Shown piece by piece: positions 1 to 13,997 of a DNA stretch of 64,000 nucleotides (within the stretch, counting starts at the first letter, position 1; each line of letters starts with the position of its first letter). The translations under genes were made by a program, and so were the position numbers. The DNA is taken from NCBI GenBank assembly GCA_963731265.1, contig CAVSUE010000001.1, forward strand, positions 1,504,001 through 1,568,000, written 5' to 3'. Source of the DNA: an uncultured Verrucomicrobiae bacterium (GTDB taxonomy: Bacteria; Chlamydiota; Chlamydiia; Chlamydiales; Rhabdochlamydiaceae). The notes below the pieces were generated by a model. The model worked only from the letters and a program-made list of their open reading frames with translations, was not told the origin of the DNA and ran no database searches.

Positions 1-33
1 CATGGCGGTAAAGAAGATAATGACGGTTGATTT

Positions 34-1905
34 ATGCTTGATTTTACAATTACGGTCCCTTCTTGTTTTTATGAAAAAAACCAAATGGAGCAGGACCTTT
101 TAAAAAAAATCCGTCAAATTCCGTCTCAAAATCTCGACCGCCTGCATCCAAGCAAAAAAGAAGGGCGCTCTTTTGCTGAATATGTCGATGAAGGTTTATG
201 GAAAAGCCGAGTCACATACACCAAAGATCGATCCTTCTTTTCTTTCAAATCTGCTGAATACCGCAATCCCTTGAAAAGCCTTGATCTCATCTGCGAAGAG
301 GAATTGAGGCGCCGCTTTCCTGAGTTTCAAGAGATTCACGGCCTTAAAGCTGTTCTCAAAGACAAATTTCCGAACTTTGCCAAATGGTGGATGGGCTATG
401 AGAAATTTCATTGCGACCTGACGCCGCGCGAAATCGATCAGTTTAAAAGACAAATCTCCTTCAGCGCTATCAATCGGGACGATTTGATCTGCAACCCCAT
501 GATAGAAGATACGCAGTTGCGCTCTTCGCTGAATTTAAAAGACGATTCTCTCTTGGAGACCCATCATCTTTTTGCCAAAAATAGCCCCATGAACGGAAAA
601 GTTTTTGATCGAGATGGCAAAACCATCCATCTCTCGCAAGGACTCGCCTCCACAAGCGACCGAACAGTAGAGAACACAGGCAATTTGCGCGTTGTCCAAA
701 CTAAAAAAAGGGAGAGCATCTGCTACGCCGGGCGTCCTGACACAGAAAAAAAAGCCTTGGAACAAGCCTCTTTCATCTTTCTCAATGAAATCAAGACCAA
801 AAGAAAAGGAATCACCGAAACCAAAGATTCCGAAGGGAACGTCATTTATCAGCTCGATTACGCAGTCAATTCTCTTCTTTCTGCGCCGTGGATTTGGCAA
901 GTTGAATCACCGCTGGCAGCCTTTCCCGAGAGAAAACTTCTTGAAAATGAAGTCAAAACGCTTAACGATTTGAAAAACAAAGGCATTGTGACCATTGATG
1001 ATCCTTATTGTCCAGAGGTCAAATATCGAGTGAAGTTCAACCCGATCCTCTTTTCCAATACATTCGACGCATTTGACCGTTTAAAAAGATGGCTACCGTC
1101 TTTTGCCACGGGACATTCACGTTCTTTAGAAATTTCAGATGAAGGGTTTTCTTCCCTATCCCCGCTAGTCTCTGTTTCCCTGGCGGCAAAAAATATCGAA
1201 AATACCCTTCAACTCCTAGAGCGCCATCAAAAAGAAAACCATCTCGCCCCCGAAGAGGAGTTACTAGTCCGCGACTATTTGTGCAAGCTTCTCAATCTTC
1301 CTTCGGTATATCACTGCAAGAGCAGTCTGGACAGAACAAGCATTCCGATTGCCCTTTCCACGGCCCTTCAGCAATGGCTGGATTTACAGCTCCCTCTGCC
1401 GGAAAACATTTGCCACCTCATCGACGACTTCCGCTTCAAAGAGCTCTTCGCGGCAAACTGGATGGCAGGCCATCAAATCACACGCTATGCATGCAACCGT
1501 AAAGGGACAGTCGCCAATGAAAAGTTGAAGACAAAGACCCTGGGATTTACCCTTCAACGTGGAATTGTTCAAAATCCCATGATTACCCGTTTGCTCCCCG
1601 CGCGCTATCTCCAAGATTTCCCCACCGCGGAAAAAATCAAAGTCACCGCCATTTACCTGAGCCTAGTGATCCCTCTGACAATTTTATTCTTCCTGCCTTT
1701 AACTCTGATCGCTGCGGGCAGACACCTGGCCTATCTCATCACAGGCTGCAAAAACCGGCATTTGTTGGGGCCTCTTTCTTCTGCCTTACCCGTTTTACCC
1801 TTCAAGCTCCTTTTTAATTTCCCTTCTATTTTACCCACTAAAGTCCTCAACGAAAAGTCCCCCCAAATCAAAGAGCGGCACATCATCGCTGGAAAGCATA
1901 AATAG
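34..1905 (+). CDS. Putative CX5R phosphoinositide/inositol phosphatase effector (SopB/IpgD/SidF-like) with C-terminal TM segment
   Basis: 623-aa ORF. HCKSSLDRT matches the CX5R(T) loop (cf. CKSGKDRT). Hydrophobic stretch AIYLSLVIPLTILFFLPLTLIAAG lies near the C-terminus. Confidence 0.6.
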   Translation: MLDFTITVPSCFYEKNQMEQDLLKKIRQIPSQNLDRLHPSKKEGRSFAEYVDEGLWKSRVTYTKDRSFFSFKSAEYRNPLKSLDLICEEELRRRFPEFQEIHGLKAVLKDKFPNFAKWWMGYEKFHCDLTPREIDQFKRQISFSAINRDDLICNPMIEDTQLRSSLNLKDDSLLETHHLFAKNSPMNGKVFDRDGKTIHLSQGLASTSDRTVENTGNLRVVQTKKRESICYAGRPDTEKKALEQASFIFLNEIKTKRKGITETKDSEGNVIYQLDYAVNSLLSAPWIWQVESPLAAFPERKLLENEVKTLNDLKNKGIVTIDDPYCPEVKYRVKFNPILFSNTFDAFDRLKRWLPSFATGHSRSLEISDEGFSSLSPLVSVSLAAKNIENTLQLLERHQKENHLAPEEELLVRDYLCKLLNLPSVYHCKSSLDRTSIPIALSTALQQWLDLQLPLPENICHLIDDFRFKELFAANWMAGHQITRYACNRKGTVANEKLKTKTLGFTLQRGIVQNPMITRLLPARYLQDFPTAEKIKVTAIYLSLVIPLTILFFLPLTLIAAGRHLAYLITGCKNRHLLGPLSSALPVLPFKLLFNFPSILPTKVLNEKSPQIKERHIIAGKHK

Positions 1906-1988
1906 AAAAAAAATTTTAGTAGATTGAATCTATTGGCTTTTACTGCTATGATATTGCGCATTAAATTTAAAATTTGATTTTAAGCATC

Positions 1989-2933
1989 ATGTCTATTGGA
2001 ATCGTTGTTTTCATGTATGCGCTCTGGTCCAGCATTTTTTCGCTGGGGAAGATGACATTGCAATATTGCCCCCCCTTATTTTTGACGGGAGCAAGAATGG
2101 TGTTGGCGGGATTGATCCTTTTGGGTTTTTTAGCGATATTTAAACGCTCAGCCTTCAGGTTAAACCGGATCCAGGTTTTTTCCATCCTGCTGCTGGCATT
2201 TTTCAGCATCTACCTGACCAATGCCCTCGAATTTTGGGGGCTGCAGCACCTTTCCGCTGCAAAAACATGCTTCATCTACAGCCTTTCTCCCTTTTTTGCC
2301 GCCCTCTTTTCCTATCTTCATTTCAAAGAAAAAATGAATGGACGCAAATGGCTGGGCCTCGGGATTGGCTTTCTCGGCTTCATTCCCGTCCTTCTCACGC
2401 ACACCGGCTCCGAAGAGTTGCTTCACGCTTTTAGCTTTTTTTCCTGGCCCTCGTTGGCTATCATGGGCGCTGCGCTCTGTTCCGTCTATGGCTGGGTGAT
2501 TTTGCGCCTTGTCGTCAAAGACCACGCAATCTCGCCCCTGATGGCCAATGGAGCTAGCATGCTGTTTGGAGGCCTCTTAGCCTTTGGACATTCTTTTCTG
2601 ATCGAAGGCTGGAACCCTCTGCCTTTCCAAGCAGAAAATGTCGGACATGTCTTAAAGGGGACTCTTGCGATGACCTTTATCTCGAATATTATCTGCTATA
2701 ATCTTTACGGAATGATGCTCAAGAGGTTTACCGCGACTTTCTTGTCTTTTATGGGACTTCTCAGCCCGATTTTTGCCTCGCTTCTTGCTCTGATTTTCTT
2801 AGGTGAACCGATTTCTTGGACCATCATTCTTTCTACAGCAGTCGTCTGCCTTGGATTGTGGATCGTGTATATTGCCGAACTCAAGCAAGGTTATATCGTG
2901 AAATCAGCTCTAAGTCAGGGACAGAAAGCTTAG
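1989..2933 (+). CDS. DMT/EamA family transporter
   Basis: About 10 TM segments, two EamA halves (YSLSPFFAALFSYLHFKEK; LSPIFASLLALIFLGE). ATG at 1989 chosen; start uncertain. Confidence 0.85.
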   Translation: MSIGIVVFMYALWSSIFSLGKMTLQYCPPLFLTGARMVLAGLILLGFLAIFKRSAFRLNRIQVFSILLLAFFSIYLTNALEFWGLQHLSAAKTCFIYSLSPFFAALFSYLHFKEKMNGRKWLGLGIGFLGFIPVLLTHTGSEELLHAFSFFSWPSLAIMGAALCSVYGWVILRLVVKDHAISPLMANGASMLFGGLLAFGHSFLIEGWNPLPFQAENVGHVLKGTLAMTFISNIICYNLYGMMLKRFTATFLSFMGLLSPIFASLLALIFLGEPISWTIILSTAVVCLGLWIVYIAELKQGYIVKSALSQGQKA

Positions 2934-3071
2934 ATTCTTAGAGACATTCTCTGAATTCAGATTATTTGATTTTTGATGCGTGCTTTCGCGGCTTTTAAAA
3001 TCATCACGCAGGACATAGTTAAATTAATTAGACCAAAGGATGATTTTAAAAGCTAATTCAGAGAACGTCTT

Positions 3072-3785
3072 TTAGGTCGCGCTACCTTGAAGCGTTTCAA
3101 TTTCAGTACAGACACCTTTACTAACATCAGAAGCATCGTGGCCATTATGATAGGCAAAAATGCACGGATTTAAACTCGATTCTAACATTTTTGAGTAAAT
3201 TGCCTGTCTGTAAGAGAAGCAGCTTTCCTCTACATCAATACATAGGATCACATTTGGTTTTGGTTGTTTAAAGGTGTTGATGTCTTCAAGATATTTACTC
3301 TCACTCTCATAAGCAGAAATTTGGGCATTGGGAAACAGCACCTTACAAAAAAGCGAAAATTGTACAACTCTTAAATCCTTATCTAGAAAGTCATAAGCAT
3401 GATCTGCAAGAACGATCTGTTGAACTTGATAACCCTTCTTTGCTAAGCCGACGCAGATAGAAAGTTCCGAATAACAACCTCCTGAACCGAGGCTATAGAT
3501 GACCAGGGGCTTTTTCTTGTCAAAGGTTTGCTCAACTTTTTCCAATAGTGAGTTTTCAACGATGAGCTCCCTCCACGTTCTGCCCATTTCATCGCGACAA
3601 TTGCATTCGGAGATAGGGTAAGTATTTCGATCTGAAACTTGTGTGATCTCTCCCGTGGCTTGCTTTGGAACAAAGTGGGTATGAGAACGACCAGAACCTT
3701 CCGTTCTTACTCCTATCATTCGATTAAAATTTTGGATTAAATATTCTTTATTAATTAATGAAGCCGAATTTGTTTGAATAGACAT
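3072..3785 (-). CDS. Hypothetical protein, possible class I SAM-MTase-like fold; paralog of 3932-4651
   Basis: IYSLGSGGC glycine loop followed by IVLAD. Collinear similarity to the neighbouring ORF. Confidence 0.5.
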   Translation of the reverse strand: MSIQTNSASLINKEYLIQNFNRMIGVRTEGSGRSHTHFVPKQATGEITQVSDRNTYPISECNCRDEMGRTWRELIVENSLLEKVEQTFDKKKPLVIYSLGSGGCYSELSICVGLAKKGYQVQQIVLADHAYDFLDKDLRVVQFSLFCKVLFPNAQISAYESESKYLEDINTFKQPKPNVILCIDVEESCFSYRQAIYSKMLESSLNPCIFAYHNGHDASDVSKGVCTEIETLQGSAT

Positions 3786-3931
3786 AAAATACCATTTTCT
3801 TTTAAATAATTATACTAATTCGAAATATTATTTGCAAATACATTCTTAGTTTATTGACTTCCAAGAGTTGGCTTATCGATCGGGTGCTGAATCGAACGGG
3901 CCCTATCAGACATGCCTCCCCCGGATCGCGA

Positions 3932-4651
3932 TTAGCTTGAACTGCCTTGAACCGTTTCGATGTCGGTGCTCGTTCCTGAGCTGCTATTAAACGGATTGTT
4001 AGAATTATGATACGCAAAGACGCATTGACTATTACTTGACTCTAACATTTTGGAATAAGCGGCTTTTTTGGAAGATAGATTAGCAAGGGGGACATCGATG
4101 CAAAGAATAATGTCCGGCTTTTCCTGCTTTAAGTTTTTGACCTCTTCCAGATAGTCGGTTTCTTCTTTGTACGCAGAAATTTGGACACTAGGAAACAACA
4201 ATTTAGCAAAAACACCAAATTGCTTCACTGCCAACTCTTGCTGGGTTCCAGCCTTATATTCGTTATCAACGAGAACAATTTGTCGAACATCATGCCCTTT
4301 TTCGGCTAGCTTCACGCAGAAAGAAAGCTCTTGATAGCAACTTCCAGAACCAAAACTATAAAGAACAAGCGACTTTTTCTTGTCAAAGACACTTCTCACT
4401 TTTTTTAACAGCTTACCTTCAATGATTTGTCTCAAGTCCCTGCTCATTGTTTCTGTGCAATTGCACTCATAAATAGGATAAAACCAGGGATTCGGGTTTG
4501 AAGTCTGAGCAACTTCATCAGGGGGTTTGGGAATAAAGTGTGTATAATAACCGCCTGATGTTTGCTGTCTTGAACTTGTCATCATTTCAAAATTATTAAT
4601 TAAATAATCCTTTGAAATAAAACAAGAGGAAGACGATGTCGGTTGCGCCAC
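3932..4651 (-). CDS. Hypothetical protein, possible class I SAM-MTase-like fold; paralog of 3072-3785
   Basis: LYSFGSGSC...IVLVD. Shares the THF(I/V)PK, YPIxECNC and ILCIDV blocks. Ser/Thr-rich N-terminus, GTG start. Confidence 0.5.
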   Translation of the reverse strand: MAQPTSSSSCFISKDYLINNFEMMTSSRQQTSGGYYTHFIPKPPDEVAQTSNPNPWFYPIYECNCTETMSRDLRQIIEGKLLKKVRSVFDKKKSLVLYSFGSGSCYQELSFCVKLAEKGHDVRQIVLVDNEYKAGTQQELAVKQFGVFAKLLFPSVQISAYKEETDYLEEVKNLKQEKPDIILCIDVPLANLSSKKAAYSKMLESSNSQCVFAYHNSNNPFNSSSGTSTDIETVQGSSS

Positions 4652-4872
4652 AATAAACCTCGAATTAAATATAACTATTATAATGCACTATTTTATTTAA
4701 GTGAATAATAATAAAAATTTTAAATAAACTCATCAGTGGATAATAAGGAATTGATTATCAATCATTTAAAAAAACTTTCCTTTTTCACCTTTTTTTAATT
4801 AAAATAAACGGTTAATATTATATAATCATTAATACATCATGAATAGCAACAACAATTTGGATTTAAAATAAC

Positions 4873-5559
4873 ATGTCAATTATTACTACTACTGAAAGAT
4901 CAGCTACAACTTCACTACCTCACCCAGCCCCAGCCTGGCGTAGTCAACACTCATTCATTGTTCTTACATGGACTGCCGCCGGCGCGGGCATAGGCGCTAC
5001 CATTGGCGCTTTAGGGGGTTTAGGGATTGGAGCACTGCCTGGAGCTGCGATAGGAGCTGTGATTGGGACTGTAGTTGGACTAGCCATCGCAGTAAGCCAA
5101 ATTGTCTATAGACACTCTAATCCTCTGACTACTCCCACACCCACCATTGCAACGACTACCCCATTTCCCCCTGCTAATCCAATCGTTCCATTATTTCGAA
5201 CTGTGAAGATCGTTGTCGATAATTACGATGCAAACTCTGGTAATTGCCTATACATTCTTGGAAAGGGGAGTGACTTAGGGGACTGGAACCAAAAGAATCG
5301 TCTTAATAACAATGGGAATAATTGGTCTTATGAAATGCAAATCCGGATTGGTGAAACCGTTGATTGGAAATTAGCTCATGGCCCTGAAGATGAAAATTTG
5401 CAAAATTTGAACGGTTTGCGATGGGAAAATCACGATAACCACAAAATTGTTACCAGTCAACTAGGGAATGCGACAGTAGGAATGATCCCAGATCAAGCAA
5501 CCCCTTCGCGAGAAGGAAATGCTTATAAGCTGACAGTGGATTCACCAAGCTTTCAGTAG
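4873..5559 (+). CDS. Membrane-anchored (Inc-like/Gly-zipper) protein with CBM20-like starch/glycogen-binding domain
   Basis: About 50-aa Gly-rich hydrophobic region, Pro/Thr linker, then LYILGKGSDLGDW...W...DWKL...RWENHDNH, matching the CBM20 pattern. Confidence 0.6.
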   Translation: MSIITTTERSATTSLPHPAPAWRSQHSFIVLTWTAAGAGIGATIGALGGLGIGALPGAAIGAVIGTVVGLAIAVSQIVYRHSNPLTTPTPTIATTTPFPPANPIVPLFRTVKIVVDNYDANSGNCLYILGKGSDLGDWNQKNRLNNNGNNWSYEMQIRIGETVDWKLAHGPEDENLQNLNGLRWENHDNHKIVTSQLGNATVGMIPDQATPSREGNAYKLTVDSPSFQ

Positions 5560-5568
5560 CGCATTACT

Positions 5569-5605
5569 AAAAAAAAAGCCTCAGCGAGCTTGCGCTAGCT
5601 GAGGC
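5569..5605 (-). terminator. Rho-independent terminator of the rRNA operon
   Basis: GCCTCAGC/GCTGAGGC stem. The A9 tract on the + strand reads as a U tract on the - strand just after 5S. Confidence 0.75.
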
Positions 5606-5614
5606 GGGAAAAAA

Positions 5615-5731
5615 ACTTGGCGGCGACCTACTCTTCCATACTCTTGCGTACAGTACCATCGGCGAGGAAGGGCTTGACTTCTGAGTTCGGGATGGGATCA
5701 GGTATTTCCCCTTCTCTATTGCCACCAAGAA
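5615..5731 (-). rRNA. rrf: 5S rRNA
   Basis: Reverse complement of the 5S consensus (CTTGGCGGCGACCTACTCT...CAGTACCATCGGC...GAGTTCGGGATGGGATCAGGT). Ends approximate. Confidence 0.95.
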
Positions 5732-5924
5732 AACTTGATTGTCGATAGAGTCTTAAAAGACTTTCACTCATGAAAATTGACGCTTGAGATTTGCTTTAAG
5801 TTTCACACTGGCGATATGACCGCGCTTCGTCGGGTCTTGATTTACAAAACCTTCCTATGCACGGATTTAACAGCGCCATCAATGACACGTTCTTAAGATC
5901 TCCATGTCGTTGATGAAAAATAAA

Positions 5925-8868
<2,944 letters not shown>

Positions 8869-9126
8869 AGAAAAAATTTTTACTGTTGCTGTTACGCTTT
8901 TCTTATATTCGCCGTGTTCTTCTTAAAACATTTTTGTTCTCAAGCGCCAATCTTCATCAGTGAATTGTATCCAGTTATTATACTGAATTTACCACATTTT
9001 AAGACTTCCGTGTTGTTACACACTTTATCTATTTTATTGGTCGCTTCTTTATTTGAGATTAATTTCTTTTTTTGACTCTATTCGACTTTCAAGATAGCTT
9101 TACCGCTCCATCAAGTGAAGCGGGTA

Positions 9127-9200
9127 TGCGGTTACCAAGACTTGAACTTGGGACCTCGACATTATCAGTGTCGCGCTCTAACCAACTGAGCTATAACCGC
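9127..9200 (-). tRNA. tRNA-Ile(GAT)
   Basis: Revcomp GCGGTTATAGCTCAGTTGGTTAGAGCGCGACACT-GAT-AATGTCGAGGTCCCAAGTTCAAGTCTTGGTAACCGCA. CCA not encoded. Confidence 0.95.
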
Positions 9201-9209
9201 TTGAACTCT

Positions 9210-9282
9210 TGGAGGTTAGGAGACTCGAACTCCTGACCCTCTGAATGCAAATCAGATGCTCTACCAGCTGAGCTAAACCCCC
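9210..9282 (-). tRNA. tRNA-Ala(TGC)
   Basis: Revcomp GGGGGTTTAGCTCAGCTGGTAGAGCATCTGATT-TGC-ATTCAGAGGGTCAGGAGTTCGAGTCTCCTAACCTCCA, with the G3:U70 pair. Confidence 0.95.
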
Positions 9283-9378
9283 TGATGATGTCCGGCTTTT
9301 AACAACAGAAAAGAAGTGACGTGGGCAAAATAAAGCTTGTCTCAACCTTCAAGGACTACTGTGAGTAGTTTGTCCTTT

Positions 9379-10932
<1,554 letters not shown>

Positions 10933-11129
10933 AAAATCTTTGACAATTTGCCTTAAAATTATCTCAAATAAAAATTTACAGGCAAATAAGTAAGTTCTTA
11001 CTCACTTATCCGCACAAGCTCTATTTTGCTTGCACGTCACTTCATTTCTGTTGTTAAAATAGACGAACCAATCTCGTTGATTCTATTCCTTTTGAAGAAC
11101 CGAGTACGATTTTTTCAAAAGGAATTAAC

Positions 11130-11159
11130 ACCATACATAAACCTCGGGATTTTCCGCAA
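11130..11159 (-). promoter_or_regulatory. Candidate sigma66/70 promoter of the rRNA operon
   Basis: TTGCGG-N18-TATGGT on the - strand, about 200 nt upstream of 16S. Confidence 0.3.
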
Positions 11160-11322
11160 ACACATTTGGGAAAAATTTGATTTTCTCAAGAGAAAAAAGG
11201 TTCCATCTGCTTCATTTCAAAATAAATTTTACATCATTTTCCTGACAAAAAAGAGTCGAAGGGGAGTTGAAAAGAAAAGCTATTTACCGATAAGAAGGTA
11301 AAAACCCAAAATCGAGGTTGAT

Positions 11323-11619
11323 ATGATTCATTTAAGATCGCTTATTTGTGGAATCCTGGCGTGTCGAGCAGTTTCAGGATACGCAAATCCAACCAGTGAG
11401 AATCCAGCTAACCAATCTTGTGTAAGCAATGGTTGCAAGGAATTGGCAAAAAAAGATTCCCCATCTGAAGTCTCTGCGACCAGAGCCAATCCTCGTCATA
11501 AAACGGCGATTAAGAACGCACCCAAAACCGGAAAATATGCAGATAAATCAGAAGAAGCAGTACAGCCAGAACAGGTGTCAGGCACTAGCAAAGCGGCTGA
11601 CCAAAGGAACAGGGAATGA
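11323..11619 (+). CDS. Small exported hypothetical protein
   Basis: GAGG RBS, signal-peptide-like N-terminus (…AVSGYA), low-complexity polar tail. Confidence 0.55.
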   Translation: MIHLRSLICGILACRAVSGYANPTSENPANQSCVSNGCKELAKKDSPSEVSATRANPRHKTAIKNAPKTGKYADKSEEAVQPEQVSGTSKAADQRNRE

Positions 11620-11654
11620 GAATTCCCACAATTTTTTAACAAAATTGTAAAACA

Positions 11655-11706
11655 AGCCCGGCTCGATGAGCCGGTTCTCGAGTTTGGAGAAGTGAGAGCG
11701 GGTTGC
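11655..11706. repeat. Palindromic element (CCGGCTC-GAT-GAGCCGG plus CTCGAGTTTGGA); inverted relative of 13946-13997
   Basis: Direct sequence comparison with the reverse complement of the copy near 13946-13997. Confidence 0.6.
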
Positions 11707-11774
11707 AAATCTGAACCACCACGATTGCTATATGCCAACTTTTGAATTACTCTTTGTTAAGTAAGTTCGCTTAC

Positions 11775-13730
11775 TTACTCTCCCATTTGGAAAAGCTTTT
11801 GCAAACTCTGTTGAGATTCCGGTAGCGCAGCCAAATTGTGCACGCCTTGAGCTCGGAGGTTGTTCCACGCCGTCAAAATTCCCCATTGATTGGCGTAAGC
11901 ATGCAATTTGGAAATCTGATGATCCCGATCTAATGCTTGAAACTCTTCAACCAGCGCATTCAACTCACCAGCCAGTCCATTGTAATTTTTAGAGTCAAAG
12001 GCTTCGACCATCAACTTGGCCGTATTGGATTTGTCTGCAATCTCACCGAGCTTTGCTTGAAAAGCTTTTAGCTTCTGTTGGAAACTCAACCAAGGGCACT
12101 CTTCTTCATAAAGAATGACGCCACATGTGTTCGTCTCTTCCATCTTATCTTCGACTACTTGGGATATTGCCCCCACAAGCATTGTGAGGTTTGTCTTTCG
12201 TCGTTCAGCCTCCGTTTTTACCTTGTTGTCTCTAAAATCTTCTGCGACTTCTAGAATCTCTAGCCTATCCAACTTCACAAAGTCAGGGGAAGCTAAGCAA
12301 ATCAATTTCACGTCTTCTGCCGATAAAATGCCGATTTTTTCTAAATGCCCCGAACGGCAATTTAGCTTTTCTGAATACCCCTTTTCGGTTTTGATTCCAA
12401 GGTGAACTAGCAATTGAGGGTTATTTTTTGGAGGCAGCTCATTCAAGTAGTCCAGTATTGCCTGAGCCTTTTGAGCAACTTGTAGATCTTAGCCCATTTT
12501 GATTGTGAAAGGCATCTTCTGCACATCCCGGATACTCATTGGCAAAAGGTTGGCAAATCGCATGGAGCTTTTGATAGATGGCATCTTTTGCCGTTTTTGG
12601 CATTCTCGAAAAACGCTGAGAGTCAAAGCCATATATACCATGACTTGTATCTTCTTCTAACGATTTTGCGATCTGTTGAAAATCGTCCGAGGATCCGCTG
12701 TAAAATCCCAGACCTTGATTCCATTGCGGGAAGGCAAAAAGAGCTTCCCATCGAAGGCAGTAAGAGGGGGGGACGGGCTGTACTTATCGCGGTGTTTCAG
12801 GGTCGCTGTCCGCTTTTCTGTTTTTAGGTCCCGAACCATGATATTGCCGTCGGTAGAGGCGGAAAAGACCTTCCCATCAAAGGTGGCAAGAGAGTAAACC
12901 GAGCTAAAATGGGGATAATCGGTCGTTGTGCACTCTTTTGTTTTTAGGTCCCAGACCTTTATACAGCCGTCGGAGTAGCCCGAAAAGAGTTTTCCGCCGA
13001 AGATGGCAATAGAGTCAACCCAGAGGTCATCGGAGTTAACCGAGTCCTCATTTTCTCTAAAGAACGCTGTGCACTGTCCTGTTTTCAGATCCCAAATCTT
13101 GATAGTGCCGTGGGAAGAGCCCCAAAAGAGCTTGCCATCGAAGACCTTAAGAAAGTTAACCGGTTCATTGTCTGAGAGAATCGCTGTGCACCAGCCTGTT
13201 TTTAGGTCCCAGAACCTGATTGTCCTGTCCTCAGAGGCCGAAAAAAGGTGCTCATCAAAGACAGCAAGAGAGTTAACCTCCCACTTATGGCCTGTAAGGG
13301 TCGCTGTACACTGTGCTGTTTCCAGGTCCCAAACCTTGATAGTGCCGTCCATAGAATCAAGAGAGCCCGAAAAGAGCTCCCGTCGAAGACGGCAAGAGAT
13401 TCAACCGAGCCCTCAGGGCATGTAAGGGTATGGAAAGCATACACTCCTGTTGTGATGTTTGAATAAACGCGTTGGTAGGCACTCTTGAAATTCTCAATGG
13501 AGCTTGGATTAACGCTTGGAAAACGGTGATGAAATAATATGCGCCAAACATTGTTATCCTTCAATATCTTGGTCCATTGTCTACAGACCAAGGAACTTGT
13601 CGCGATCTCCTGGCTAGACAAGTATCTCAAAATTTGAGGGACTATATCTAGCGGCATGTCAAAGCGTTGTCTCCTCCGGTAGAATGGGTAACAGGGCTGG
13701 TAAGCTGTGAGGGTGGATTGATTTCGTCAT
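11775..13730 (-). pseudogene. Frameshifted F-box + WD40 repeat + C-terminal helical domain effector gene
   Basis: F-box PLDIVPQILRYL...LVCRQW and repeated KLFSGSxDGxIKVWDL. A continuous reading is restored by shifts at about 13725, 13655, 13381, 12680 and 12480, which join three listed ORFs. Confidence 0.75.
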
Positions 13731-13945
13731 GATTAATTCTCTGATTAAGGTTTTTTTATTTAAAAGATTGGTTAAACAATATAATAAAAAATTTAATTAA
13801 TTTATAATTTTATATATAAATCATTATCTAATAAAACTATTTTTGATTGAAAAAGAAATCGTTACATTGACCTATAAAAGAATCGCCCAACTGAGGTGTC
13901 CGGCGGAGTCCCGACGCCGAGGGGGTAGAGGGAGAGCTCGGGAGG

Positions 13946-13997
13946 GCCACCCCTCTTGATTTGTCCAAACTCGAGGCCCGGCTCGATGAGCCGGTTT
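13946..13997. repeat. Palindromic element, inverted relative of 11655-11706
   Basis: TCCAAACTCGAGGCCCGGCTCGATGAGCCGGTT, abutting the stop codon of the VKOR gene. Confidence 0.6.

Noticed and set aside
11026..11301. 91-aa ORF upstream of 16S
   Set aside because: Lies in the AT-rich rRNA promoter/leader region, with a TTG start and no recognisable features.
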